A stretch of 64,000 nucleotides of DNA from Octopus sinensis (taxonomy: Eukaryota): contig NC_042998.1 in the NCBI RefSeq assembly GCF_006345805.1, positions 86,614,001-86,678,000 of the forward strand, given 5' to 3'. Within the stretch, counting starts at the first letter, position 1. Each line of letters starts with the position of its first letter. The position numbers were made by a program, and so were the translations under genes. Under the pieces are notes generated by a model, which was not told the origin of the DNA, did not search any database, and saw only the letters and a program-made list of their open reading frames with translations. Shown here one piece after another: positions 1 through 12,099 of the stretch.

Positions 1-457
1 CTAGTCATGCCAAAGTCCCTGTTCACAGCTCTGGACACTGTGGAAAGGGACACATTGCATTTCTTTGAAAGAGTTGTAATGGTTGTCATGGATGTGGGTG
101 GGTTAGCTTCAGTTGAGCCTTTGAAGTTAGCAAGAAACTTTGAATTTTCCTTGGAAACACTTTGAGTCTTGTGTTCTTTTCTTTCAATCTTTCCCTCTTC
201 TTTTAATAGTCTATGCACATGATAAACTGTTGCTTTTTGGAAGTTTTCTCAACTTTAGAATTTTCTTGGCAGAGTGTCCAGTGCATGCCAAAATAACAAT
301 GGCAGAAAAATTCTGTTGTTGAATCAGTTTGTTATTTACCTGAAAAATAAAGTGGAGGATTAGATTTTCAAGTAAGCAAGGTTTTATCAAAAATGAAAAT
401 GTTAAACCCACTAAGTCAACTGCTTAAAATTGGTCTCAATTTATCTGCAAGACCCTG
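1..457 (-). mobile_element. Tc1/mariner (DD37D/maT-like) transposon, 5' part, runs off window start
   Basis: Terminus TA-CAGGGTCTTGCAGATAAATTGAGACC; decayed N-terminal HTH (VILACTGHSAKKILKLRKLPKS; EANPPTSMTT..KCNVSLSTVSRAV). Confidence 0.75.
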
Positions 458-479
458 TACATACATACATGCATGCATA

Positions 480-1700
480 CCAGATCGAGTCAAAAGCTTT
501 GCAACATTTTGATGACGTTTTTGCTTTATTCATCAAGTTACAACAAAAGTAACCTAGCATTGAAAGTAGATGCCATCGTGTTGCAGTGCCTGAAGCCACC
601 TTTCTGCCAGTTCTTTGATTCCATGTTGATACCAGTTCTTGTCCATTGAGGTGAAGAACTCCTTTGCTGAAGCTTCCACCTCCTCTTAGTTGATGAAAAA
701 TTGTGAGCATAGGAATCAAACCATGGATTGGAATAAGTTGCGAGGTTGCGACTATATGCTGGGTGTGGTATTAGTTCAATTCCCTCAAGTTTTGGGAGTT
801 TATTCTCTGTTGTTTGAATGGTATGCGGTCTTGCATTGTCTTGCTGTAGTAGAGCTCACTTTCTGTTAACCAGTGCTGGGTGTCTTTGCTGCATAATTGC
901 ATAATCCTCTCCTGCTGTTTAGAGTACAGATTAGCACCAATATTTCAACCATCTGGGATGAACTTATAGTGAATTATCTCCTCATAATTCCATGCAGAAC
1001 ATCACCTTGTGTTCAGAATGCTCATGTTTTGTGACAGGTTCCAGAAGCTGGCTCTTGCTTAATCAATACTTATGCATGGATTGTGGAAAATATTCACATT
1101 CTATTGCATGTTACTATCCTCTTAAGGAACTGCAGATTATGCAGATTTTCCAGGAGTTCCTTGCAAAACATTCACTTGCTCTGTACATGAGCTGGGCTCA
1201 TTCTATGAGGCTGAATTGAGCAGCTCCAGTTGTTTTTGCTGAGGTTGCAAAGGTGACTAGCCACACTGGACTATAAGAGTTTGAACTTGCCTGTACTCTC
1301 CAAGTGCTACTTACTGGATTTACTTTTATAGCTTGGAGCATGGCCTCAGAATCTATGGTTTTAGGCCTGCCTGACCTTATCTGATTGTCGTGGTTCTTGC
1401 AATCTGAGTGAAAATTCTTGAATCATCTGGTTACTGTACTGTGATCAACTGCACCTTCACATTTTGTGCAACAAATGTTTTTGGCCCAGTTTGAACACAA
1501 AGCATATATTCCTGAATTAGACTTCATTGCACATTCAAATCACATGTGGAGGGAAACAATGTACAACACATCAGTGCACTACCATGATGCTACCAACCTC
1601 AGCATTACCTTCCACAGCTTGAACTATTTCAGGTATACAATAGAAACACCTAGCAAACTAACCTGTATGCAAATATTGCAAATCTTTTAACTTGCCTTTG
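480..1700 (-). mobile_element. Degraded full-length mariner (DD34D) transposon
   Basis: Imperfect TIRs flanked by TA; C-terminus FFTSMDKNWYQHGIKELAERWLQALQHDGIYF; HPAYSRNLA motif; N-terminal RSGRPKTIDSEAMLQAI. Confidence 0.85.
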
Positions 1701-1724
1701 TACAGACATACATGCATACACACA

Positions 1725-1826
1725 ACCACACACACACATGTCTGTGTGGTTAAGAAACTTGCTTCTCAGTCATATAGTCATGATTTTGTGTGTGTGTGTG
1801 TGAGTGTGTGTGTGCGTGTGCGTGTG

Positions 1827-1860
<34 letters not shown>
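1725..1860. repeat. (CA)n/(GT)n microsatellite
   Basis: Direct inspection. Confidence 0.95.
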
Positions 1861-1862
<2 letters not shown>

Positions 1863-2199
1863 TTAATAGAAGTTTTGATTTGTGTGACCTTTTGACTCTT
1901 CTGTATTGTAGAACTTAGAAACTTGTCCCTTCATCTATAATTGGAGATGTCTCTAAATACTAGAAAAAAGATTGGGGAAGAAAGAAAAGACAAAAAGTAA
2001 AACAAAAGGAGGAATCATAATAGTTTGAAGGGAGAGAGAAAGGTAGTTAGCTTACGGTGTTGTGATCAATTTTAAGGGGGTATGTGACTTAGTTTGACGA
2101 GGTGATATCTACCTGATTGATTGGGTTTCTGTATGTGTGTAATGTTGTTATTTTGAATTTTATGAATATATTTTTCTTCTTTTTATTTTATCATTGTAG

Positions 2200-2268
2200 G
2201 ACAAGTCTGGTTTTATTTGCAGTTAAAAATGCAACTAAAAAGGTAGTTCCTCCTAAAGAGCTTCTAAA
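2200..2268 (+). CDS. CDH23-like: Cadherin-23-like gene, internal exon A (TSLVLFAVKNATKKVVPPKELL)
   Basis: Polypyrimidine-ttgtag acceptor and gtgagt donor; phase 1 to 2 joins exon B in frame; resembles the CDH23 membrane-proximal segment TELLIHVVNRDTNRILDVDRVI. Confidence 0.8.
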
Positions 2269-4601
2269 GTGAGTCACAGTTTTAGTTTTCTATTTATGTA
2301 TTAAAATTAATAAACATATTATTCAAAATATAGAGATAGAACTTTTGTATCAGGCATAGCTTTGTATTCTTAGTTTACACACAAGTCTCTGTTCAAACTA
2401 AAGCCTACTTTCCAACCATTGTTCTATATATCTGAGAAAATGTCCAGCATACAAATAGGTAAAATATTGAACATTTGCTCTTTTAGATTTTTAAGTTTGT
2501 ATGTAATATCAAGTTATATTTGTTTCCTTTTAGCTGTAGCTATGGGTTGTATAATGCGTTAAATGCTAGGAGCCCTACTGAAGACTGTCTCATCTTGTAT
2601 ATGTAAAATGTGCCATGATAGAACTCATCACTCTCCAAGCTATAATTATAATGGTTTGAACCCTGCTTTTGATGTTAACAGATGTAATCTGTCTCTTTGC
2701 TTTATACCTATTCACAGGTAGATGGAATGAAATGGCCAGAGTTTGGCTATGTAGACTGTGAAATGGTGATGAAGCAATTCCTACATTCTGTCAATATAGC
2801 TATCTATAATTTCTAATGTACATCCTCACAAAAACGCCATTTGACTCCATTGACATGAAGTTATTGACCATCACACAACTGCTCTGGCCCGCAAACATGC
2901 TGTCTCCGCCCTGTCTTTTCTCCCACTACTACATTGGCTGCTGTTTCTTGAAGATTGCTGGTCTTATGCAACTTATACTCTGGCGCTTCCAGTGCATTTG
3001 CCTTTTATCCTTTCATCTCCCATATTGTTTTCACCATCCCCATCCATCTGCCTGCATTGCACTAATCCCTATATCTAGTTCTATCAGAACGCCACTCCTC
3101 TTAAATTGCATCCTTGTACATGTTTTTTCCTCCAAATTTCCTGAAAAAGAATATTAATCAGACCGATCTTAGTAGTCCTGAATGTCTTGCAAAGGTCTTG
3201 GGCATTGCCCATGCTTCTGGATTAAACTAATAAAAGAAAATATAAACTCTTTGCAAAAAACAAAAACAAAAAACCCCTTTTGGGACTAATTAGTGACAAA
3301 TTTGAAATTTATTGCCTTTTTTATTCCCTTACAAAATAAGACTAGGCAAATGGATGAAATATAAGCTTTGCAGTTTAATTTTTATAGTTTATCAACGACT
3401 AGTGGGGTGTTTCTCTGGGTTATAATCACTAAATGCTTGTTAGTTTGAAACTCAGTTTAAGGTTAGAACAATTCATTACTGAATCAAAGAACTGGTGATT
3501 GAAAACTCTTTTTCATTAAGTTAGTTACACCCAGCTCCCCTTGAAGAAACTTGTGACATGAAATTTACTGACTTAATGTTTGAGAGATAGGCTATACTTC
3601 AATCTAAGCTAGTATTATATACTATAATGTGATTGTGGAGAATCAAGTATCATAATGTGAGCTTACTGTATTCTAAGATTTTGCTGGTAGTTGTAACTTT
3701 GCATGTTTTACAAAACAAATTAGAAGGCCAAAGATAAAAAGATAACTGAGTAATTATATGTTATATTCATCTTAGGTATTTAAAGAACTTAGGGTGGCTG
3801 ATATTCTGAGTGTAAATGCTTTGATTCAACTGACTCTTAGCAAATCCACAATGAAGAGACTTTCGTGAAATGTCATGTTATTTTGCAAAAGAAGTATGTT
3901 ATAGGTGTTTGAAAATTAGATTTACACAAAATCTGAGTGGTAAAGTACTTGACTATTTACTCTTAGAGTGCAGATTAAAACACAAAGTATTTCATTAGAC
4001 TTTTAAACTAAATATATTATATATTTTAGCATTGTGTACTGTAAAGGCAACCAAATATTATTTTTATTTGCTTCCAAAAATCAAAAATATGTAAAGGTGA
4101 TCTTAGAATTATTGAAAATGTTGACATTAAATAAAATGCTTTTATTTCATTTTTGCAAGATTCATAATGCAAAATTGTATATTGTAACAGATGTTGTTTG
4201 TATTTTTTGGTGGGGGTCATTTTGCTAATAAGAGCTACACACACTGGTTCTATTTCACCAAGGACTTTCTATTCCTGTATGCAGTCTCAGAGAAAGGAAC
4301 AAATTTGATGAGATGGAAAACAGTGATGAAAAGATTTTGACAAACGAAAAACCAATTAGCTTATTGGTTAATTGAATCTCTAGTTGAGTAAAGAAATAGA
4401 ATAGAACCAATGCATGTGTTTCTTAAAGGCAAACTGTTCCTTCTAAGACTATAAAAGAAAACTTATATATTTTATATTTGTATGAAGTTCCACTATGTAC
4501 CTCATGAATAACTAGATAAGGAATTTTACTTTGCTTTATGTAGAAAATATGTAGAAAACCAAGAAACTACTAAATTCATGTTTGATTATTTTCATTAATA
4601 G

Positions 4602-4668
4602 AATCCTTGATAAGAACAGAGTTTTAAATGCAGAGAGGTTTGAAAATTTTGCAGTAGAGAGAGTTAAG
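4602..4668 (+). CDS. CDH23-like: Cadherin-23-like gene, exon B (ILDKNRVLNAERFENFAVERVK)
   Basis: taatag acceptor, gtagga donor; phase 2 to 0; resembles CDH23 MIDENKEQLRNLFRNYNVLDVQ. Confidence 0.8.
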
Positions 4669-5074
4669 GTAGGAAACTGATTTCAGATTTTGAATGGTAA
4701 ATGTTTTGTATTCCTCTTGTAAAGATTGGAGAGATTTTCACCAGGATACAGGGGTCATATAGATTAGTAAGAAGCTTTATTTGGAACACAGGAAATAAGA
4801 TCTATTCTTTAAAAGATAATTATCTTCAGCAATGTTAATGCTTGATTTTGGCTTGGTTATTTAGAAACTGGTATAATCACATATACTAGTGTAAAGATCA
4901 CTTGACATGCTTCATAAGCTTCTTCACCAGTACATGTAGATTTACATAGTTTCATTTAACAATATCTGGTTTTCTGTTAGATAGTTCTATGTGATATCTT
5001 GTTTAATGATAATTTAATCTTTTATTTTAATATATCGAAATGATGAATTGTCAGAAAAAGTTCAAATCTTGTTG

Positions 5075-5200
5075 AGATCAACTCTGCCTTTTATCCTTCC
5101 AAGGCAGATAAAATAAATTTCAAGCCAGGTGATGGGGTTGATATACAAATTGGCAGTTTTCCTCCTGCCAAATTTCAGGTCTTGTGCTGAAAGTAAAAAA
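5075..5200 (+). mobile_element. SINE fragment
   Basis: Matches the body of the SINE copies at 18225-18440 and 9430-9545. Confidence 0.6.
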
Positions 5201-5239
5201 CAATCATCAACATTTTCACCATCGCTAACACTAACACCA

Positions 5240-8165
5240 CCACCACCACTACCTTCTAGATTTACACCTTCACACCTTCTAGATTCTATTACTCTGTCAG
5301 TCTGAATATTAAAATCCTACTTTCTAACACTGCTAGGTTTATGTTCATAACCATGCATTTGTATGGTCAAATCCTAGCTTTCTATATAACTCCCTGTGGA
5401 TTATTCTTCCTAGGCTGTCATGTCTTTTCTTGTATTCTTTCTGTGCAGGCAAGCTACATTTGTTTACTATATGAGTAACACTTTCCTCTTTTGATTTACA
5501 TACCCTACATTGGGAATCTACCAGGTTTTTATCTATCTTGGCTTTTATCTTGTTCTACTGCTAACAAACTTTCTGTCTCCATTTTCAGCCTTACTTTCTG
5601 CAACCACAATCATGTCTTACTATTTCTATTTTCTGCCACACTCTGTGGAAACCTACCATTCAAAGCCTTCTTTTGCCTGTCAGATTATGTTGCTTCTTTT
5701 TCTTGTTTTTAACCTCATTTAGCTTTTTGGTTTCCCTAACTCCTGCTGTTACTCTAGTAGCTCTTGATAAAATTTTCTCACTCTTTCCTACATAGGAGGC
5801 TATATCTACTTTAGCTAACTCTACACAGTCTTCTATTGATATTAAACCCTTACCACCTTCCTTTCTAGGTAAATATAGTCTTGCTACTCCTGCTCTTGGA
5901 TGAAGTCCTTCATTCATATTGAATTTATTCCTAGTTGTTCTGTTTAGATTTGCTAATTCAGAGTTTGCTAATTCAGCTACTGGAATATCTAAGATCTGAG
6001 CCATTTAGTTTTGAATACATTGTTGTGTTTGCATTTGTACTTTTTCTTTGTTAGAGTTTCACAAGCACTAAAGTGTGAGGTACGTCTTCGACCTCCTTCT
6101 CACACACTTTGCATAGGATCATTGCACTTGTGTGGAATGTATCCCTTTTCACTTAGTTGGTATTCAATGCCTATTCCTGGGCTTTCAGTCTTCTTTTGAA
6201 GGTCACTTTCACTGAGCTATTTCCATGATGATTCCTGGTCTTTTAAGTTGTTAGTTTCATGGTGGAACTGACCATGTAATTCCATGTGGAATAGTGTTTC
6301 TTCTCTGTTGTTGGCTATTCATGATCAGAATCCATTAACACTCTCAACTCCATTGTTAGTAAATCCTTCTGCAGCATACTGTAGCAGGTCTTGTTTGCTG
6401 TTTACCAAATACTCTGCCACATTTCTTCTTTCACTGTCGATGCACTCCCATATGCCAATTAGGCCCTATCCACCTTTACATCTCTCCATGTATAGCCTGT
6501 GGTACATATGCCTTAGGGTGGAAGGTACCATGAAAGGTCATAGTCTTTTAGGTAGTGCGATTGAGCTGGTCAATCTTCGCTCGTTTCCATTTTAGAAAGG
6601 ATGCAGTATAGTGGACTGCTATATTGATAACCATTGAACTTTGACTTCAAAAGAAGTTTGAGGCACTTCAGATATGTAGTAGTGACCTTGTCTTTCATTT
6701 CTCTGTGCAAGATATTGTCCAGCTCTAAGGTACCCATCAATATCCAGGTTTCCCATTTGCCCTCCATTTGGCAGTTCTATGCCCCTACAATCTACTCTTT
6801 CCCAATATTACAAAGTGAGCACCACACACTTTGAGATCCCAAATTCCATTCCTATATCCTTACAGTACATCTGTACTATCTGAACTAGCCTCTCCATTTC
6901 AGGCTCAGTTTTTGAAAACAGTTTAAATTATCCATGAAGAGAAGATGGTTGAGATGAGGTCAATTCTTCCTTAGCACATCGTGCATGTTCACTTTGCTTA
7001 GAACTACAGAAAGGAGGATCAAGGCTGTAATAAATAGCAAAGGTGAACAAGAATCTCCCTGGAAGATCACTTTTTGGATTGTTACCTTGGCAAAGTGCTG
7101 GTTGCTACAGAAAAGACATGTTTTCCAACTAGGCATGCTGTTCTTGATCAGTGCATGCAGGTTCTCAGCTATTCCACACATGTCAAGTGTTTCCAGAATC
7201 CATGAATGCAGCAACATGTAAGTTTTTTAAAAGTCTATCCAGGCTGTGCCCAAGTTTTTTTCGGTACAATTTGCAATTCATCATTATGACCTTTTCTACC
7301 ACAAGCTGGTCTTTGATGCTCTTGGATCCTTTTCAGCATCCCCTTTGTTCTACTGGAAGTAGATTGTTTTCCACAAGGAACGTATATATTTTCCCTTCAA
7401 GGATGCCTGTTAACATTTTTCATAAAAGGTTAAGACAAGCAATGGGTCAGTAATCGTCAATCTCATTTCCCTTTGACTGATTCTTCATCAACAATGTAGT
7501 TTTCCTCTCTACAATCTATTCTGGAACTACACTACTCTGCAGGCGATTGTCTAAACCATTTTGTGTGTTGACCTAAATCACTTGATCCAGTAGCCTTGGA
7601 TTCCATCCGACTCTGCTGCTCTCCAGTTTGGTAATTTTGATACCTATGTAATTACATTTTCCATTGTTATGCATACATGATCTTGCGTTGGAACTTCAAG
7701 ATGATGGAATTCAGATGTCATGGAATTAATCTACTCAGCACTGTGGTTGTGGGAAACTTCTTGCCTCCAGGTGTTATTCCAAAATTGGCAGGTTATCTCT
7801 ATTTCAGGAGATATTTTATCTCCCGTGTCTTCACCTAAACCCTTTAGAAACTTCCCATTGGTTATGTGTGAATAACCTGTTTTGATGGAATTATGATATA
7901 CTATCAGTGTAGCATTGCACCTTCAATGTTTTTGCCAGAATACATTGTTTTAGGGTTTCAATAACAGTTTTGAACTCTTTCTTTTCAACATGGTATTGTT
8001 TCAAGATATTTCCTCACACCTTCTTTAGTATGTTTCAATTGCCTTTTGGACCATTCTTCTATGTGACTCAGATCTCTTTGCAAGGATTTAATATCATCTT
8101 TGATTTTCTGCTTCTACCATGGCTCCTCGTGTCTGCCTGATTTCCCCTCTTTTTTTCCAACCAGT
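5240..8165 (-). mobile_element. R4/Dong-like non-LTR retrotransposon (RT plus C-terminal REL endonuclease region), decayed
   Basis: IFQGDSCSPLLF, RLYLPRKEGGKGLISIEDC, EMKDKVTTTYLK, KRHDSLGRIIHRELY motifs; many stops and frameshifts. Confidence 0.85.
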
Positions 8166-8364
8166 TCATCTACTAAAAGTGGATCTAATCAAGTCCCTTG
8201 TTACTGATAAAGCTCTCACTGAACTATACTTCAGGATCTCATTAACCTTTTGTGTTACACATTTCACACTGTCATGGTCGAGTTCATAGTGACAATTGCC
8301 CTGCTGCCTTCCTTTAATTGGGCAGGCAAGGCAGTTTTCCTTTACAAGCTTGTAACTTTGCAGT

Positions 8365-8515
8365 TCAGCAAAAGAGACCAATAGAATAAGTACAAGGCTT
8401 AGCAAAAAGAATAAGTACTGGAGTCAACTCATTCAACTAAAATTTTTCAAGGTGGTACCCCAGCATGGCTGCAGTTTAATGACTGAAACAAGTAAAGGAT
8501 AAATGATAAAAGATT
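8365..8515 (+). mobile_element. SINE 3' part
   Basis: gagaccaatagaataagtac...gactgaaacaagtaaa tail shared with 48130-48260 and 49990-50095. Confidence 0.75.
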
Positions 8516-9324
8516 GAGGGACCCTAGACATCCATGAAGATGAACTGACTGTTCTATTCCAGAGGACTTTCTGGTTGGGGACTACTACGGATAATTTTTG
8601 ATCTGGTAGTGCTACCACTTTGAGATAAACTCTACAGGAATGGATGTGCTGTCGGAAGGACTTGTCCAAGGTGCACAGAGAGTAACAAAACCATTCTGCA
8701 TGCACTCATTCAGTGTCTGGGTATTACTGACTTGTAGAGTTATGTCCAACAGCTGCTGTTACATGTGGGATGGATCTGTCTGTTGTCCAAGTACATAGTG
8801 ATGCTTGCCCTACTGCCCACCTTCAATTTGGCAGTCAAGGTTGTTTTCATTTGCCTTGTGTCTGTGGTGAAAGAGGTTGTCTGGTAAATGAGGTTGAAAG
8901 GAATAAAGACAGAGACATTCTTCTTTGGTAAAACCCTGATCAACTTTTTCAAGTTTCACTTGAAAAGGAAAATGAGAGTGGAGAGGGAGGTGCTGTCCTC
9001 AAGAAAATTTATCAAAAGTTGTGAAAATGGCAAGAGTGGATGGTACTGCTCAAAGTGTAGACTTGTGAGTCAGAGGAAAAGAATTGGAAATAGCATTTGT
9101 CCTTGGTATTCAGGGTGATCTTGGATGGTGAGATTTCATTATTATCCCGAGAGGCCCTTGTAATTTTCTTTATTATTCTTTCTTCTTAGTGCTGTATACT
9201 ATGTATATGTCCCTTGTTTTAATGAATACCATGTATACTTTTCCTTTAACTTTTTTTTAACATTCCGTTATATAAACCTCTGATGCCTGTCTCTCTACTC
9301 CCCCCCTCATCCTTCGCCCTTGTT

Positions 9325-9380
9325 GTTTTTGTGTTGTTGTTGTTGTTGTTGTTGTTGTTCTTCTTCTTCTTCTTCTTCTT

Positions 9381-9430
<50 letters not shown>

Positions 9431-9625
9431 GGCACCAAGCTGGCAGAAAAGTTAGCTTGCCAGGTGAAATACTTAGCGATATTTCATCTGCCATTATGTT
9501 CTGAGTTCAAATTCCACCAAGGTCGACTTTGCCGTTAATCCTCACAATGCCCAGTCTGGGAATCGAAACCGCATTCTCACAACTGTGAGTTCGCTGTCCT
9601 AACCACTGGGCCATTGCGCATCTAC
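9325..9625. repeat. Compound (GTT)(CTT)(ATT) microsatellite followed by two opposed tRNA-derived SINE heads
   Basis: Direct inspection; + head at ~9430 and - head ending ~9625 (matches head at 35806). Confidence 0.75.
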
Positions 9626-9991
9626 TGGTTGTTGTTGTTGCTGTTCTTGCTGCTGTTATTATTATTGTTAGGGCAGTTGATTGTCAAAATCATTACAGTG
9701 TCAGAGACCAAATCCTTGTGGTATTTGCATTGGTTCTTTACATTCTGAAGTCAAATCTTGTCCAGGGTACCTTTGCTGTTTGTTCATCCCTCCAGAGGCA
9801 ATGTAATAAAGTACCAATGAAGTACAAGGATCAGTTTAATTAACTAACCCCCTCCCAACAAATTGCTGGATCTCTGCCTCAATTAGAAATTATTATTTAA
9901 TTATTGATGTCGTTCTTATGTGATTTTTGTTTATGTTTATGTTTACTGTTCTGTAAAAATCCTTATTGATCGATATTTCTTGCTCTTCTAG

Positions 9992-10116
9992 GAATCTGAA
10001 CCATTTGTAACTGTTGACAGCAAGGAAAAGGATTTCATAATTTTTATTACGGTCATTGTGGTGTTGGTTTTCATATTGACCGTTACGATGATTCTATTTT
10101 ATGCAAGTAATCGCAG
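9992..10116 (+). CDS. CDH23-like: Cadherin-23-like gene, transmembrane exon C (ESEPFVTVDSKEKDFIIFITVIVVLVFILTVTMILFYASNR)
   Basis: ctcttctag acceptor, gttggt donor; phase 0 to 2; ~23-residue hydrophobic stretch followed by basic stop-transfer residues. Confidence 0.9.
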
Positions 10117-10224
10117 GTTGGTAGTTCTCAGACTGATGAACTCATTTTTTTAAATGCATTGACAAAATTTGAAACAGAGAGTATTATCATCCATGAGACA
10201 TTCATATTTTAAAAGAATGTTTAA

Positions 10225-10425
10225 GCCTTTTGTTAACTTATTTCTGTTGAAATACAACGACCTTTGTTTTAATTAAGTTTGAAAATAACAAAAAATTCAG
10301 TAAAATAACTTTGTTATCATTAAAGTGATGTTTAACATGAAAGATTTCGTTTAGATTACTTTAAACAGGAAGTTTATATTATAGAACCAGGGGCAGTCTT
10401 AGGTGGATTTGTTATTAAAATGGTT
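10225..10425. repeat. Interspersed AT-rich repeat (MITE-like); second copy at ~52025-52230
   Basis: Shared ttctgttgaaatac...tttgaaaataa...taacatgaaa...aaacagga.gtttatatta. Confidence 0.6.
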
Positions 10426-10869
10426 AAGAAGATTACAAAATATTGAAATCTCAGGCATCACCCCAAAATAGATTCTATGAAAGATAGGTAAGTGTGACAA
10501 AATTGGCATTGATAAACATGATGAAGTTATAGATGCAACAGTGATGATGTTTAGGTAGGATACATGTTGTCAACTGATTTGGACCACTCAATGGAGGTGT
10601 TTTTTTTATAAAATAAGCAAAGCAAAACAATTTTCTGTTGCTATGTTGTTATTTCAATAGTTTACAACTTACATTAATTTTTTCCTTCTTTTTGTTACCT
10701 TTTTTATTAACACATTTTAAAGAGTTTATAGCTGATAAAAGAGAATCATTACTAGCAACAGTACCCACAGATATTCTGTGGTTGTTTTGAAAACCATAAG
10801 ATAGTTGGATGTTTATTAATAAATAGTAGTCTCAGATTCAAGAAAAACATTTCTGCCATTTCAAGGTGA

Positions 10870-11105
10870 ACAACATGCACAGATGATCTGCTTGCAGCTG
10901 CATATTGTGTTTTTCTATCTATTGGATAACAATGTGCAGATCTGATTGGATATTTGCTTGGTCTCCTCTCCTGTCGATGACCTTCAGAAACTTAGAGTCA
11001 TCTGCACAAATTCAAATGCTGTCATGTTTGATGATGAAAATAAAGTCATTGATATAAATAAAGAAGAGAAATGGGCCCAATTCAGTACCTTGTGGGACTA
11101 ATGAC
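10870..11105 (-). mobile_element. CR1/Jockey-type LINE RT fragment
   Basis: VPQGTELGPFLFFIYIND..ICADDSK..NIQSDL. Confidence 0.8.
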
Positions 11106-11129
11106 TCTTGGTAAGCTCGATGTCACATA

Positions 11130-11309
11130 GCTAGCACCCATGTCGGTGGCATGCAAAAGTACGCATTACACTCTCAGAGTGATTGGTATTAGGAAGAGCA
11201 TTCAGCCGTATAAGCCATGCCAAATCGGACAGGAGTTTCGTACAGCCCCTCAACTTACCAGTCCTGGTTAAACAGTCCAACCCTTGCTACAGACTTTAAA
11301 TGATGATGA

Positions 11310-11310
<1 letters not shown>
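11130..11310 (+). mobile_element. SINE 3' part (RTE-tail type)
   Basis: gagtgattggtattaggaagagcattcagc...ttaaatgatgatgag, shared with 17560-17720 and 35560-35710. Confidence 0.75.
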
Positions 11311-11347
<37 letters not shown>

Positions 11348-11499
11348 TATATATTATATATTATTTTATGTACATAGCTAAGTAGTATATCCTTGGTTGT
11401 GGTATATAACCGGTCAGAAAGTTACCATTGGCTTCACATCTACTATTGTGATACAGGCAACTCATCTGATCTACTGGCTGGAAGTGCTTAGCTTCTTTA

Positions 11500-12040
11500 C
11501 CAATGGAATATACAGTTTTGGTCAGTTTGGTGGTGGAAAAAACTAAAATGAGAAAACCTTTTCCGAAAGAAAGAAGAGTTATCTCCCTTTGAACGATTTA
11601 TGCTGTAGCAGAAATGGGTCAGTTTGTGTATTCTTTTTCTGTTCTCTAATCTGCAAATGGAGACCACATTTCCAAAGCAAATTTTCTGACATAAGGGCAT
11701 CAGCTAAAAGCATCACTATCTGAATTCATGAAAATTTCTAGATCATGCGAAATTTTAGTAATTTTCCTCTCTGCCAAGGAAAGTTTGCAGTATCTGCTTC
11801 CATTGAGGTATGGCCCTGATTGTTCAAGCAGCTTCCAGTTAATTTTGTATGGCATTCTCTCTTTCTTTAATCGCCGTATGTTGCTGGGTAATACTGTAAC
11901 ATTGCACCTCTCTGGGGTCCTAAAAGAGGACATGTGGTTATTTAACCTTGATCTTAAAGGAACTCTCTATTGCTCCAACATATTTTTGTGCATGTGTCCT
12001 TTTGTTACTGTTACTGTAGGTCACCTCTGCTTATAACTTA
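11500..12040 (-). mobile_element. Penelope-like element, GIY-YIG C-terminal fragment
   Basis: IRRLKKERMPYKINWKLLEQSGPYLNGSRYCKLSLAE. Confidence 0.75.
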
Positions 12041-12099
12041 TGGATATATATATATACTACAGCAACCAATACTTACACTTATATTGGCTGCTCTGTAAA

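Noticed and set aside
2719-2790. Exon-like segment after ttcacag
   Set aside because: No phase-compatible open frame with a credible donor
8520-9150. Possible LINE 5' region
   Set aside because: Too decayed to assign a family by eye
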